Source: Akkermansiaceae bacterium
GTDB taxonomy: Bacteria > Verrucomicrobiota > Verrucomicrobiia > Verrucomicrobiales > Akkermansiaceae
DNA length: 64,000 nucleotides
Assembly: GCA_051251915.1 (NCBI GenBank)
Contig: JBPOGF010000018.1
Span: 39,093 to 103,092 of the forward strand
Direction: 5' to 3'
In this document: one piece after another, positions 1-10,161 of the stretch
How the letters are laid out: each line of letters begins with the position of its first letter
Position numbering within the stretch: the stretch's first letter is position 1
Made by a program: the position numbers and the translations under genes
The notes under the pieces: generated by a model
The model's database searches: none
What the model was told of the DNA's origin: nothing
Seen by the model: the letters and a program-made list of their open reading frames with translations, nothing else

Positions 1-12
1 TTTATTGATACG

Positions 13-2202
13 TTGATAGCGGCTGAGGATGCGCGTTTCTTTAGTCATGATGGATATGATTTGAAGGGTATTACGCGAGTGGTGATACAGGAGTTAAAGG
101 GGGGGAGTGTGTCTGGTGGTGCTAGTACGTTGACGCAGCAGTTGGCGAGAAATGCCTATTATCTTCAGGATGAACGCAAGATAAGGAAAGAGAGTACTTA
201 TGAGCGTAAGTTAGTGGAAATCTTCTTGGCAATCCGAATAGAGGAGCGATATACGAAGCAGGATATATTGGAATTTTATATGAACCGAGTGAACTTTGGT
301 GGGGGGTATTATGGTATTCGGTCTGCGTCACTTGGGTTCTTTGGTAAGGAGCCTAAGGATCTGGAGATTCATGAGTGTGCATCGCTGGTGGGATCGATTC
401 GTAATCCGGCGCATTATTGTCCCACGAGTGTGAATAAGAATGATGAGGGGCGGTCTGAGCGAGGATTTCAGAATAAACTGGTGAGGAACCGTGTGTTGGA
501 GAGGATGGCGATCGAGGGGATGATTAGTGAGCGTGAGCGAGATGAGTATATGGAGCGACCACTGGTGCTTAATCCGAATCCAATTCAGCGAGGGACTTCT
601 CATTTTCATGATAGGGTGGCAGAGAGTTTTGATAAAATACTGCTTGAAAATGGGATAAGTGAGACTGAGAAGGCAAAGGGTGGGTATAAGATTTTCACTA
701 CGATTGATAAGGACGTCCAAGAAATGATGGAGCGAGATATCAAGAAGAAGCTGATGAAAGTGGAACAGCGTGAAGGGTATAGTCATCCTAAGTATGTGGA
801 TTACGTGAAGTCTGAAGATTCTAAACCTGCTTATCTGCAAGGTGCTGGGATGATGATGAATAATGTGACGGGGGAAATCATTGCTTATGTTGGCGGTAGA
901 GACTTTGAGCAGTCTCAGTATGATTTTGTGGAGTCTGGAAGGAAGCCTTTAGGGACCGCATTTTTCCCATTTATTTATACTTCAGCACTTGAGAATGGCA
1001 TGAATAGTTCAACTCAGTTGATTGATGAGGCGATGGATAATAGGCAGGTGATGATTGATGGTGTGGAGGGAATTCTTGGAGAGTGGGGTAATGAAGTGGC
1101 TTCGCCGAAGTATGAGGGTTACATTCCGATGCGAAGGGCGCTGGCGGCTTCAAAGATAGCAGCTACTGTGAGATTGGGGCGCAAGATTGGGCTGGCTAAG
1201 GTGTGGGAGACATCGGAAAAATTTGGACTGCATAAGCCTGAGGGTAGGTTATTAAATAGAACGCTGCTTGGTTCTGAAGATGCATCGATTACTGAGTTAG
1301 TGAAGGCGTATTCAGCATTTCCGAATGGTGGTGAGATGGTGAAGGATCTAGTTTGGATTAACCACATTGAAGATGCCTCTGGTGAGGTTATATACAAGTG
1401 GAACAAAAATTACGAAGTTAAAACTGAGCGAGTGATGACTGATTCATCTGCGTTCTTAGTGAATAAGATGCTGGAAGATGGAATTAAGAACGGGAGTGGA
1501 AGCGATGTCTTTAAAGCTGCTAAAATGAAGAATTTCCAGGGGGGGGGTAAGACTGGAACGACGAGTGATTTTAGTAATCATTGGTTTGTGGGTTATAATG
1601 GGAATGTGACTTGTGCGCTATGGTCTGGTTTTTATGATGGTGTAAGGAGTGAGATCTATCCGGAAGCTTTTAGTAAGGAAACTGTGATGCCTGTATGGCT
1701 AGATGTCATGAAAGAAGCCGGGCGAAAGATGGGCAATAAAGTGATCAAGCAACCGGAAGATGTGGTCAAAATAAGAATTTGTAGTCATTCAGGGAAGCCT
1801 GAGTCTAAAGCTTGCGAAGAGCACGTGCATAACATTGTGACTGGTGAAAGTAGTTATGTAAGTACTGGTTATGAGGAGTATTTTCATGTTGATCAGCGCC
1901 CTAGAGGAACTTGTCCGGTTCATGGGGCTAGCTTGGGAGATTTTCACTCTGATTACTTAGCTAGTGAGTCACAGCTGAGTCCTATTGAGAGGTTGAATAT
2001 GGTGCCGATTAAGCCCAAGAAGCCGACTTTGGTGGGAGAAGATCCTTATAAGTCGGTAGCTCCAATTTATGCTCCGAGGCAGAAAAGTGTCTATCGTGCT
2101 GGGCGTGGATTAGGGTCTATGGATTTTGATTCGCTGGATGAGCAGAATAGAGAGTCTGAAATAGAGTTGGTCAAGCCTGGGAGAATGATGATCACGGATT
2201 AA
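13..2202 (+). CDS. Class A penicillin-binding protein (PBP1A family; transglycosylase plus degenerate transpeptidase domain); 5' end probably lies before the window
   Basis: GT51 motifs EDARFFSHDG, GASTLTQQLARN, RKLVE, KQDILEFYMN; TP-domain KTGTT present; SxxK position reads TAFF. Confidence 0.9.
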   Translation: MIAAEDARFFSHDGYDLKGITRVVIQELKGGSVSGGASTLTQQLARNAYYLQDERKIRKESTYERKLVEIFLAIRIEERYTKQDILEFYMNRVNFGGGYYGIRSASLGFFGKEPKDLEIHECASLVGSIRNPAHYCPTSVNKNDEGRSERGFQNKLVRNRVLERMAIEGMISERERDEYMERPLVLNPNPIQRGTSHFHDRVAESFDKILLENGISETEKAKGGYKIFTTIDKDVQEMMERDIKKKLMKVEQREGYSHPKYVDYVKSEDSKPAYLQGAGMMMNNVTGEIIAYVGGRDFEQSQYDFVESGRKPLGTAFFPFIYTSALENGMNSSTQLIDEAMDNRQVMIDGVEGILGEWGNEVASPKYEGYIPMRRALAASKIAATVRLGRKIGLAKVWETSEKFGLHKPEGRLLNRTLLGSEDASITELVKAYSAFPNGGEMVKDLVWINHIEDASGEVIYKWNKNYEVKTERVMTDSSAFLVNKMLEDGIKNGSGSDVFKAAKMKNFQGGGKTGTTSDFSNHWFVGYNGNVTCALWSGFYDGVRSEIYPEAFSKETVMPVWLDVMKEAGRKMGNKVIKQPEDVVKIRICSHSGKPESKACEEHVHNIVTGESSYVSTGYEEYFHVDQRPRGTCPVHGASLGDFHSDYLASESQLSPIERLNMVPIKPKKPTLVGEDPYKSVAPIYAPRQKSVYRAGRGLGSMDFDSLDEQNRESEIELVKPGRMMITD

Positions 2203-2276
2203 AGTTGATTCCTTTTTATCGTCAATAAGCTGGCTAACTGCTTGCCATACTAAACTACCTCGCTAGTCTCTATCAC

Positions 2277-3407
2277 GTGACTACACAGACTATGCATCCG
2301 AAAGATAAAACCGGTTACGTTTGCCCAACGTGCAGAATGGTATTTTCACTTGCCCCTGACTTAGGTGGGAATGGTGTGACTTGTCCGGGCTGTGAGCATT
2401 TATTAACTATTCCTTCCTCTGCTGATAAGGTTTCTGAGTTAGGAGTGTCACGAGCGAAGTATAGTAAGCCTAAAGTGAAAGAGCAATCTCGCGATATTGT
2501 GAAGCATCATCGACCTTTATCTCAGGGAGAACATCATGAATGGGCTGATGAGCAAAGTGACTATGGTGATAAAGCGATGAAGATAATGATACCAATTGCA
2601 TTGTTTTCGCTGCTGTTGATTGGTGGGTTAGCTTATTTATTGTTATCTGACAGTAATGAAGCTCCTAGAGCTGTAGCTGATGTTGATTCTGTAGTGGTTG
2701 AGGATACTGATATTGGCGAGAAAGCAGAAGGTGGTGAAGAAGAGGAAGAAGTTTACATTTATAATAGCAAGAATGATGAGCAAGTTGATCAGTTGGAAGA
2801 ATTTTTAACTGGCTTGTTTGCAGCTAAGACGGTGGATGAGATGCTCCCGTATGTGAGGCCTACAGACAATATCAGAGAAAAATTGGTGAAATTCTATAAA
2901 GGTGAAACGCTGAATCAGTCACCATTTAAATCACTGGGGCAGGCGATGAATACTCCTGAGTTTCCGGGGTTTCTGACTGTATCATGTCAGACTCAAGATT
3001 ATAGTAACCATGTAGGTGTCCTGAAATATACTAAGGATGAGATTAAGTTGGATTGGGAGAGTTTTGTTGCTTACAGCGAGATGACCTGGGCTGAGTTAGC
3101 GGAGAAGAAGCCTACTGAGAAAGTTAGAGTGCGGGTTACAGCTAAACGAGCCTACTATTACAATAACGAATTTACAGATGAGTCAAAATGGCAGGCAGTT
3201 TCATTGATCAGCCCAAATGAGCAGAATCCAATTTATGGATATTTAGAGAAGAACTCAGCTACTGAGCAACGACTGTTTAACTTTGAATTGAGTGATAATA
3301 GAAAGGTTATTCTTGATGTGTATTTCCCGCAGGATGCGATGAAGGGAGATCAAGTATTCATCGATAATGTAGTGGAGCAAGGTTGGGTAATTTCAGAAGA
3401 AAAATAA
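2277..3407 (+). CDS. Hypothetical membrane-anchored protein with N-terminal zinc ribbon
   Basis: CPTC...CPGC pair, one TM segment (IMIPIALFSLLLIGGLAYLLL), large C-terminal domain; TTGCCA-N16-TAGTCT upstream. Confidence 0.7.
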   Translation: MTTQTMHPKDKTGYVCPTCRMVFSLAPDLGGNGVTCPGCEHLLTIPSSADKVSELGVSRAKYSKPKVKEQSRDIVKHHRPLSQGEHHEWADEQSDYGDKAMKIMIPIALFSLLLIGGLAYLLLSDSNEAPRAVADVDSVVVEDTDIGEKAEGGEEEEEVYIYNSKNDEQVDQLEEFLTGLFAAKTVDEMLPYVRPTDNIREKLVKFYKGETLNQSPFKSLGQAMNTPEFPGFLTVSCQTQDYSNHVGVLKYTKDEIKLDWESFVAYSEMTWAELAEKKPTEKVRVRVTAKRAYYYNNEFTDESKWQAVSLISPNEQNPIYGYLEKNSATEQRLFNFELSDNRKVILDVYFPQDAMKGDQVFIDNVVEQGWVISEEK

Positions 3408-3408
3408 T

Positions 3409-4797
3409 ATGTCTAGAGACCAGGTAAATAGCACTTATGATAAGGCATTAAGGATCAATTTAGATGCCTTAAAGTATGGAACTCTTGCGGAGATTGGAGC
3501 AGGGCAGGGAGTAGCTGAATGGTTCTTTAGGGCATCGGCTACTGCTGGTACTGTAGCGAAAACGATCTCAGCTTATGATATGACTATGAGCGATGAAATC
3601 TACGGCAAATGTGACCGTTATGTTTCTCGTGAGCGTGTGACCATGATGCTAGAGCATGAATACAAGCTGTTAGATGAACGACTTTCAGGGAAACGGGGGG
3701 AAACTTCTACTTTCTTTTCTTACTGCAATACTGTGCGCGCTAGAGGGTATAAGGATAATGGTGAGTGCCATGGTTGGATGGGAATCCGCTTGCAGCTTAA
3801 ACCTATGGGGCCGCCGTGTGATATTTTATGTCATGTCAGGCTACTGGATAAGGAAAATGTGGACCAGATGACCGCGATTGGGATCTTTGGTGTGAACTTG
3901 ATTCATGCAGCATTTTACCACAGAGATAATCTGGAGGCTTTCGTGGAGTCGCTTATGGATGGCTTGGACCGAAATAATATTGAGGTTGATATGCTGAAGT
4001 TTTTAGGTGAGGGATTTAAGTTTGTGGACAATAGGCTCTGTTCACTACAGTTGGTGCAGAGTGGATTAACGGATGCTGCGATGTTCACACCTGATGGTGA
4101 GGTGGTGCAGCCTGCTGAGGTGCTATATAAGCGGCCAATAGCGTTGCTCCGTGGTAGTTTTGATCCTGTGACGAATCTTCATTTGGATATGATGGAGCAG
4201 ACGAAGGTGAAGTTTTTTGAGCAGCTGGATGAGAAGCAGCAAGAGCGTTACATGGGGATCTGTGAGATATCCATGAATAATCTATTGCGTGGAAGTGTGA
4301 TGGATCATGTGGACTTTTTGGATAGGGCTGATGCTCTTCAGGCATTAGGTAAGACTGTGCTGATCTCGCGCTGTCCGGAATTCCACAAGATAGCGACTTA
4401 TTTGAACCGTTATACGAATCAGCCGATTGCAATCTCGCTGAGTATTGGGTTGTTGAACGAATTATTTAAAGAGAAGTGGTCAGAAAATCTGGCTGGCGGT
4501 ATTTTGGAATCCTTTGGTAGGTTGTTTAAGAACCAGCTGAGTCTGTATGTTTATCCATGGAAAAACCGTCAGACTGGCGAGTTGGTGACGACGGAGGTGT
4601 TCAAAATCGAAGCTCATTTGAGCCATCTATTGCAATATTTTAGGGAGAATAAGATGATACAAGATGTGGAGTGTAGTGATGAAGAACTCTTAGCTTACAC
4701 AGGAAGAGACATTTTGAAAATGATCCAGGATGGTGATGACAGCTGGAAAGACCAAGTGCCTTCTTTTGCTCATAAGGTGGCATTACATCAGCATTAA
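3409..4797 (+). CDS. Nucleotidyltransferase-like protein (nicotinate-nucleotide adenylyltransferase-like family)
   Basis: LLRGSFDPVTNLH resembles the GSFxPxHxGH motif of HIGH-type nucleotidyltransferases; conserved-looking N-terminal YGTLAEIGAGQ. Confidence 0.6.
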   Translation: MSRDQVNSTYDKALRINLDALKYGTLAEIGAGQGVAEWFFRASATAGTVAKTISAYDMTMSDEIYGKCDRYVSRERVTMMLEHEYKLLDERLSGKRGETSTFFSYCNTVRARGYKDNGECHGWMGIRLQLKPMGPPCDILCHVRLLDKENVDQMTAIGIFGVNLIHAAFYHRDNLEAFVESLMDGLDRNNIEVDMLKFLGEGFKFVDNRLCSLQLVQSGLTDAAMFTPDGEVVQPAEVLYKRPIALLRGSFDPVTNLHLDMMEQTKVKFFEQLDEKQQERYMGICEISMNNLLRGSVMDHVDFLDRADALQALGKTVLISRCPEFHKIATYLNRYTNQPIAISLSIGLLNELFKEKWSENLAGGILESFGRLFKNQLSLYVYPWKNRQTGELVTTEVFKIEAHLSHLLQYFRENKMIQDVECSDEELLAYTGRDILKMIQDGDDSWKDQVPSFAHKVALHQH

Positions 4798-4828
4798 AAA
4801 TTCATCTTAGACGAGTGCCAACTTAGTT

Positions 4829-5875
4829 ATGACTTCTGATATACGAGGACTTTTGCAATACGTGCCACTTTTTAGAGGTAAGGTATTTGTCATCGATATA
4901 GACTGGGGTTCTGCTAATGATGGAGTGAAGGCAGAGATTCTGATGGATCTTTCTGCGCTTCAGCAAGTGGGTGTGAAGTTAGTAATCTCGATGCGTCTTG
5001 AGCAGGCTCAGGACTTTTTTGATTACTCAGCGGAGATTGAGCTTCGCGTGTCTACTGCTGTTAGGTCATGTTTGGATACTGGTCTGGATGAGTTGTTGGG
5101 AAGGGGGCAGGCTTTTGTTGTGGCGCGTGAAGCAGCGCTGATTTCTGATGAACTCATTGATCTTAGTTGTTCGCTGCAAGCTACAAAACTGATCTGCGTA
5201 TCTGCTGTTCCTGAGTTATTAGATGCTGACGGAACGGTGGTGAAGTTCATCCACATTAACGAGTTCAAAGAGAGTGTATCAGATTCAAGTCATCCGGCGC
5301 AGATACAAGCGGTGAAAGCATGCCAGGCAGGGGTTCAGCGTGTGCATTTGCTGAATGTGAGTCAGCAGGGCGTCTTGATCAACGAGCTGTTCTCATCTGA
5401 AGGTGTAGGGACGATGTTTTACACCGATAGCTACCGTGCCATTCGGCCGATCAAGGAAGAGGATATTTCTGAGATGCTGGGGATGATAGGTCGATCTGTA
5501 AGGAATACTCATTTGGTTCCGAGGACTTTTGAAGATGTTAGGGACAATATTGAAGCTTATTATGTGATGGAAGTGGATGACAACGTAGTGGGTTGTGGTG
5601 CGCTGTATGAGTATGGAGACTGGGCAGAGGTGGCTTGCCTGTATGTGAAACAGTCCCATGAAGGAACTGGCTATGGTGCCTCGATGGTGGAGTTTCTAGA
5701 GGAGAAGGCACGGAGTAAACGTATTGCGAACGTCTTTGCGCTTAGTAACCGGTCTGCGGAATTCTTTAAGAAGATAGGTTATGAAGAGATGGAGATAAAT
5801 GATTTACCCGCTGAGCGTGGTCAGAGACTTCTTGAAAGTGGTAGGGAGTCTGGAGCGTTTCAGAAGAGATTCTAG
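4829..5875 (+). CDS. argA: Amino-acid N-acetyltransferase (N-acetylglutamate synthase)
   Basis: YVPLFRGKVFVI start, GVQRVHLL...ELFSSEGVGTM kinase-like domain, C-terminal GNAT (AEVACLYV...GYG). Confidence 0.85.
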   Translation: MTSDIRGLLQYVPLFRGKVFVIDIDWGSANDGVKAEILMDLSALQQVGVKLVISMRLEQAQDFFDYSAEIELRVSTAVRSCLDTGLDELLGRGQAFVVAREAALISDELIDLSCSLQATKLICVSAVPELLDADGTVVKFIHINEFKESVSDSSHPAQIQAVKACQAGVQRVHLLNVSQQGVLINELFSSEGVGTMFYTDSYRAIRPIKEEDISEMLGMIGRSVRNTHLVPRTFEDVRDNIEAYYVMEVDDNVVGCGALYEYGDWAEVACLYVKQSHEGTGYGASMVEFLEEKARSKRIANVFALSNRSAEFFKKIGYEEMEINDLPAERGQRLLESGRESGAFQKRF

Positions 5876-6053
5876 AGGTGGATTACGGTTCTTTCGGGAG
5901 TTTGGTGTTCTGTCACAGTTGTGTATATATTTCATGTGTGGTTTTTGAATAGACCATCCATGATAGGTTTCTGATGCTTTAATTATGACTAAAATGAACT
6001 ATTTGATAGTTTGTGATATTTCTCTGTGTATAGTTTTCAGAACTTTAATCTCC

Positions 6054-7577
6054 ATGACTTCAAAACTATCTATTTTTCTTCTTAGTGTCGGCTTATCTGG
6101 CACTGTTCTCTCTAATCCAAATGGGGAAGCTGTGTTTAAACAGCTATGTTCGGCTTGTCATGGGTTAGATGGCAAGGGTGCTGGTGAAGGTGCTTTTCCT
6201 CCTTTAGATGGTTCGGAATGGGTTAAAGGTAGTCCGGATAGGATTGCTCAAATTCTGCTACACGGGCTGACTGGGCCGATTGAGGTGAAGGGAAAAACTT
6301 ATGATTTGGTGATGCCTCCGCAGGGGAATCTGACAGATCAGCAGAGTGTTGATGTGATTAACTATGTGGTGGGTAAGTGGGGAGATAAGAAGGGTGGCTA
6401 TACTTTGGCTGCTTATGAGAAGGCAGGTAAGAAATCTAGTGACCGGACTGAGGCGTGGACAGCGGATGAGCTTCTGAAGTTGTATCCTTTAGCAGATAAA
6501 CCTAAGGAACAGTCTCATTTGGAGAACTTATTGATGCATTCGTATAAGGGGACTTGGAAGTTGATTCCAGATTTCTCGGAGTTAGAGGCTGGTGCTACTG
6601 AAGAGGAGCATGATGGTTTCTTGTCTTTGGAGAAGATTAACCAGAAGCACTTTTTTGGGTTGGTTTGGGAAGGTGAGTTGAGGATAGAGAAGAGTGGTCA
6701 GTATGAATTTGAGATCGATGGAGATGATGCTGTTAGGTTAGTGATCGATGGTAAAAAGTTGGCTGAAGTGACTGGACTAGGACCGATGAATGGGAGTAGG
6801 AAGAAGAAGGGAGTGGTTGCTTTGGAGGCGGGACTGCATGATTTCAGGTTCGAATATTTGCAGAATAGATCTAATAAGGGGATTCTGGCTAGGTTTAAAG
6901 ATGTGAAGAGTAAGAAGTGGATGTGGCTTACGAAAAAGGTGGCACAGAAGAGAAAAGCACAGAAGATCCCTGTGATTGATCTCACTCCTAAGGATGGGCG
7001 AGTGAGAGTTTATAATAACTTTATTGTAGGTTCTTCTGCGCGAGGTTTGGCTGTTGGTTTTCCGGTAGGGAATCATTATTCATATAGTCCAGATAGGGGG
7101 ACTGTGGACCAGCTGTGGAGAGGCAAATTCATAAGTGGAGGGAGGCATTGGACTCAGAGAGGGAAGGGGTTTGAGGCTCCTTTGGGTAAGTTGGTTTCTG
7201 GGGTGTCTGATAATAAAGCTAGTTGGAAGCTGGATGGGAAAGATGCTGAGATTAGTTATCTAGGATATAAGCTAGATGCTGATGGGAATCCGATGTTTAG
7301 GTATACTGTAAATGGTGTGGAGGTTCAAGATGAGATGACTGCCTCTGAGGCTGGGTTTACGAGATCGGTGAGTTTTCTTGGTAAGCCTAGTGAGTCTACC
7401 CAATTGGTCTTGTGTGAAAAATTTAGTGGTAAGGTTTCTGGATTATCTGCTGAGGTTAACCCGAATTTCACTATTTCAGTTTCTGACAAAAATGGAGCAT
7501 TGAAGGCTCAAGGGAAGCAACTCATTTTATCTAACATTTCTTCAACTCTTACTATCGAATACCAATGGAAAAAATAA
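6054..7577 (+). CDS. Secreted c-type cytochrome with PA14 domain
   Basis: Signal peptide from ATG 6054 (ORF track starts 5985); CSACH heme motif; PA14-like FGLVWEGEL...YEFEIDGDDAVRLVIDG. Confidence 0.8.
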   Translation: MTSKLSIFLLSVGLSGTVLSNPNGEAVFKQLCSACHGLDGKGAGEGAFPPLDGSEWVKGSPDRIAQILLHGLTGPIEVKGKTYDLVMPPQGNLTDQQSVDVINYVVGKWGDKKGGYTLAAYEKAGKKSSDRTEAWTADELLKLYPLADKPKEQSHLENLLMHSYKGTWKLIPDFSELEAGATEEEHDGFLSLEKINQKHFFGLVWEGELRIEKSGQYEFEIDGDDAVRLVIDGKKLAEVTGLGPMNGSRKKKGVVALEAGLHDFRFEYLQNRSNKGILARFKDVKSKKWMWLTKKVAQKRKAQKIPVIDLTPKDGRVRVYNNFIVGSSARGLAVGFPVGNHYSYSPDRGTVDQLWRGKFISGGRHWTQRGKGFEAPLGKLVSGVSDNKASWKLDGKDAEISYLGYKLDADGNPMFRYTVNGVEVQDEMTASEAGFTRSVSFLGKPSESTQLVLCEKFSGKVSGLSAEVNPNFTISVSDKNGALKAQGKQLILSNISSTLTIEYQWKK

Positions 7578-9061
7578 TATTAACAGGTTTGACGGGGCTA
7601 TTGCTTAGCCAGGCGGCGGTAGCTAATTTTAAGAAGGGAACAGCTTTACCTGATACTAGTGGTCAGTCTGAGTATTATGTTACTGAGAGTATTCCTCTGC
7701 CTAAAGGGGAGGTGATGGAGATAGGTTCTATCGCGCTTATGGCTGATAAGAAAGTGGCTGTTACTACACGGAGAGGTGATGTGTGGGTGTGCTCTGGAGC
7801 TTATGCGAAAGATCTCTCAGGAGTGAAATGGAATAGGGTTTTCAATGGGGCTCATGAGCCTTTGGGGATGTTTGAGAAGGATGGGTGGCTGCATTTTATG
7901 GATCGGGATGCTTATGTGCGCATTGGTGATACGGATAAGAACGGTAGCTATGAAACCTATGAAGTGATTTCTAATCAATGGGGGATTAATGGGGATTATC
8001 ACGAGTATAATTTTGGATCGACGCCTGATAAGGATGGGAATGTGTATGTGGTGCATTGTCTAACAGGATCTGCTACTGCTAAATCTCAATGGCGAGGATG
8101 GGCTCAGAAGATAGCTGCTGATGGGACTACTACGCAGTTTGCCTCTGGGGTTCGTTCTCCGGGTGGGATTGGTTATAATGCTAGTGGTGATATTTTCTAT
8201 ACTGACAACCAAGGGTTATGGAATGGGACTTCTTCGTTGAAGCATTTGAAGCCGGGTGGGTTTATGGGGAATCCGACAGGTTTGGTTTATTATGATGATG
8301 CTAAAGGTGGGATTATGGGGGAGAGGCCTGCTGATCCTGTAGACGGTTCTACGCTGGCTATTGAAGGGAAGAAAATTCCGCAACTTGTTCCTCCTGCTGT
8401 GCAGATGCCGCATGGTAAGATAGGGCAGTCGCCTACGGCGGTGATCACTGATAAGACGGATGGGAAGTTCGGGTTATTTGGTGGGCAGGTGTTGGTGGGT
8501 GAGCAGACTCATTCACAGGTTCAGCGTGTTTATTTAGAGCAGGTGAATGGAGTGTATCAGGGAGCTGTTTGGCATTTTCTTGGTGGATTCAAGAGTGGGA
8601 TTATTCCTATGAGATTGTCCGGTGATGGAACTTTATTTGTGGGTGGTAGTAGCCGAGGCTGGGCATCTGCGGGTGGGAAGCCATTTAACTTTGAGCGTGT
8701 TCGATGGACAGGGAAAGAGCCATTTGAGATGGAAAAGGTGGAAGCTCTTAAGGATGGATTTAAGATTACTTTTACTGAGCCTGTGGCTAATCTTGATGAG
8801 ATCAAGGTGGAGAATGTGAACTGTGAAGCGTGGACGTATCAGTATAGGTCTAAGTATGGTAGTCCTGAGATAGAGCAGGTGAAGCCGAATGTGGTATCAG
8901 TGAGTGTGGATACTGAGACTAAGCAGAGTATTACGATCAAGCTGGATAAGATGACGCAGGGTCATGTGCATCATCTATCGCTTAGAGAGATCAAGAATAG
9001 TGCTGGAAAGGCACTGTGGCATCCAGAGGTCTATTATACGCTTAATGAGATTCCTAAATAA
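7565..9061 (+). CDS. Secreted beta-propeller protein of the PVC membrane-bound dehydrogenase-like type
   Basis: Signal peptide; YHEYNFG, GVRSPGG, FYTDNQGLW motifs; overlaps the cytochrome gene, suggesting an operon. Confidence 0.65.
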   Translation: MEKIILTGLTGLLLSQAAVANFKKGTALPDTSGQSEYYVTESIPLPKGEVMEIGSIALMADKKVAVTTRRGDVWVCSGAYAKDLSGVKWNRVFNGAHEPLGMFEKDGWLHFMDRDAYVRIGDTDKNGSYETYEVISNQWGINGDYHEYNFGSTPDKDGNVYVVHCLTGSATAKSQWRGWAQKIAADGTTTQFASGVRSPGGIGYNASGDIFYTDNQGLWNGTSSLKHLKPGGFMGNPTGLVYYDDAKGGIMGERPADPVDGSTLAIEGKKIPQLVPPAVQMPHGKIGQSPTAVITDKTDGKFGLFGGQVLVGEQTHSQVQRVYLEQVNGVYQGAVWHFLGGFKSGIIPMRLSGDGTLFVGGSSRGWASAGGKPFNFERVRWTGKEPFEMEKVEALKDGFKITFTEPVANLDEIKVENVNCEAWTYQYRSKYGSPEIEQVKPNVVSVSVDTETKQSITIKLDKMTQGHVHHLSLREIKNSAGKALWHPEVYYTLNEIPK

Positions 9062-9088
9062 GCTAGCTTTAGTTAGGTAGTTAGGGTT

Positions 9089-10093
9089 TTATTTAATAAT
9101 GATCACCAGGGCTCGGTGGTCGCTGGCGGGGTCACCTGGTGGAGTGTCTAGGACGTAGGAGCCTTTCTGGTCGATACTGGGGAGGAGTGCTGGGGAGGCG
9201 AATGCGAAGTCGAAGCGTGAGTATATGTCTTCTCTGGCCCAGTATTGTGTCCATTTGGTTCCTTGTTTGTCGAATAGCTCGATTGCGGTAAGTTTACTGG
9301 CTTTAGATCCGCGCATCAGTCTGATAGTTGAGCTTCCTTTGGTGTCGTTCATGTCGCCAAATACGAGGACTTTTCTGTTTGGGTCTGATAATACGGCTGA
9401 TGCATGGCTTCTTAGCAGTTGGGCTTCTTCGCGGCGGATTACGGCTTCATCATATTCGGCAATGGGGCGCTTGGACTTGAGGTGGGCACCTAGGAAACGG
9501 ATGTTGCCTTTAGGGGTTTGTACTGTTGCATCGAGAATTCCACGGCGGATTTCGTGGTCTTGGCCTTTCATTTTGTAGGTGTATTTAGGCACGTTATGCA
9601 TGTTGATAGGGTAGTGTGATAGGAGTGCCTGTCTGCGGTAGGGGTCTGGGCCTGATGAAAGGAATGTGTGTTGGAAATCGATTCCGGCCTTTTTGAGTCT
9701 AGTTTGTAAGTGATCTAGATCTTTTTGGGTGCCAATTTCGCAGACTCCTAGGATGTCAGGGTTGGCCCGGACGATGTTGTCGATGAGGGCTTTGATCTCG
9801 TGTTCTGGCTTAAATTGATCTGAGCTTCCTCGTCTCATGGTGAGGTAGTTTCTTAGATTGTAGGAGACAAACCGCAGGGGTTTGTCTTTGGTGTTGATAT
9901 TGGAAGTAGTGACTACTTTGACTTGCTGTATGGGGTCGTCGACCTTTGGGGGGATGACCTTTGGAGGTGTAGGTTCAGCATACTGAGGGGGGCTTGCGGC
10001 CTCCCAGTCTGGTGTTTCTTGTTTCTTATTGCAGCTGCTCAGTAGAGCGCCAAGGGTGAATGCAAGTATTGTTTTGTAGCAGAATTGTTTCAT
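9089..10093 (-). CDS. Endonuclease/exonuclease/phosphatase family lipoprotein
   Basis: SYNL, DILGVCE, GDMND, SDH motifs; lipobox LSSC if started at ATG 10093 (ORF track starts 10153). Confidence 0.85.
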   Translation of the reverse strand: MKQFCYKTILAFTLGALLSSCNKKQETPDWEAASPPQYAEPTPPKVIPPKVDDPIQQVKVVTTSNINTKDKPLRFVSYNLRNYLTMRRGSSDQFKPEHEIKALIDNIVRANPDILGVCEIGTQKDLDHLQTRLKKAGIDFQHTFLSSGPDPYRRQALLSHYPINMHNVPKYTYKMKGQDHEIRRGILDATVQTPKGNIRFLGAHLKSKRPIAEYDEAVIRREEAQLLRSHASAVLSDPNRKVLVFGDMNDTKGSSTIRLMRGSKASKLTAIELFDKQGTKWTQYWAREDIYSRFDFAFASPALLPSIDQKGSYVLDTPPGDPASDHRALVIIIK

Positions 10094-10129
10094 AAAATAA
10101 AAAAACCTCATTGGGTTATCCAATGAGGT
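10094..10129 (-). terminator. Intrinsic terminator after tatA
   Basis: Perfect 10-bp stem ACCTCATTGG/CCAATGAGGT, 5-nt loop, U-tract on - strand. Confidence 0.8.
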
Positions 10130-10161
10130 GATCGTTAAATGTTGTATGTTCACGTAGTGAG

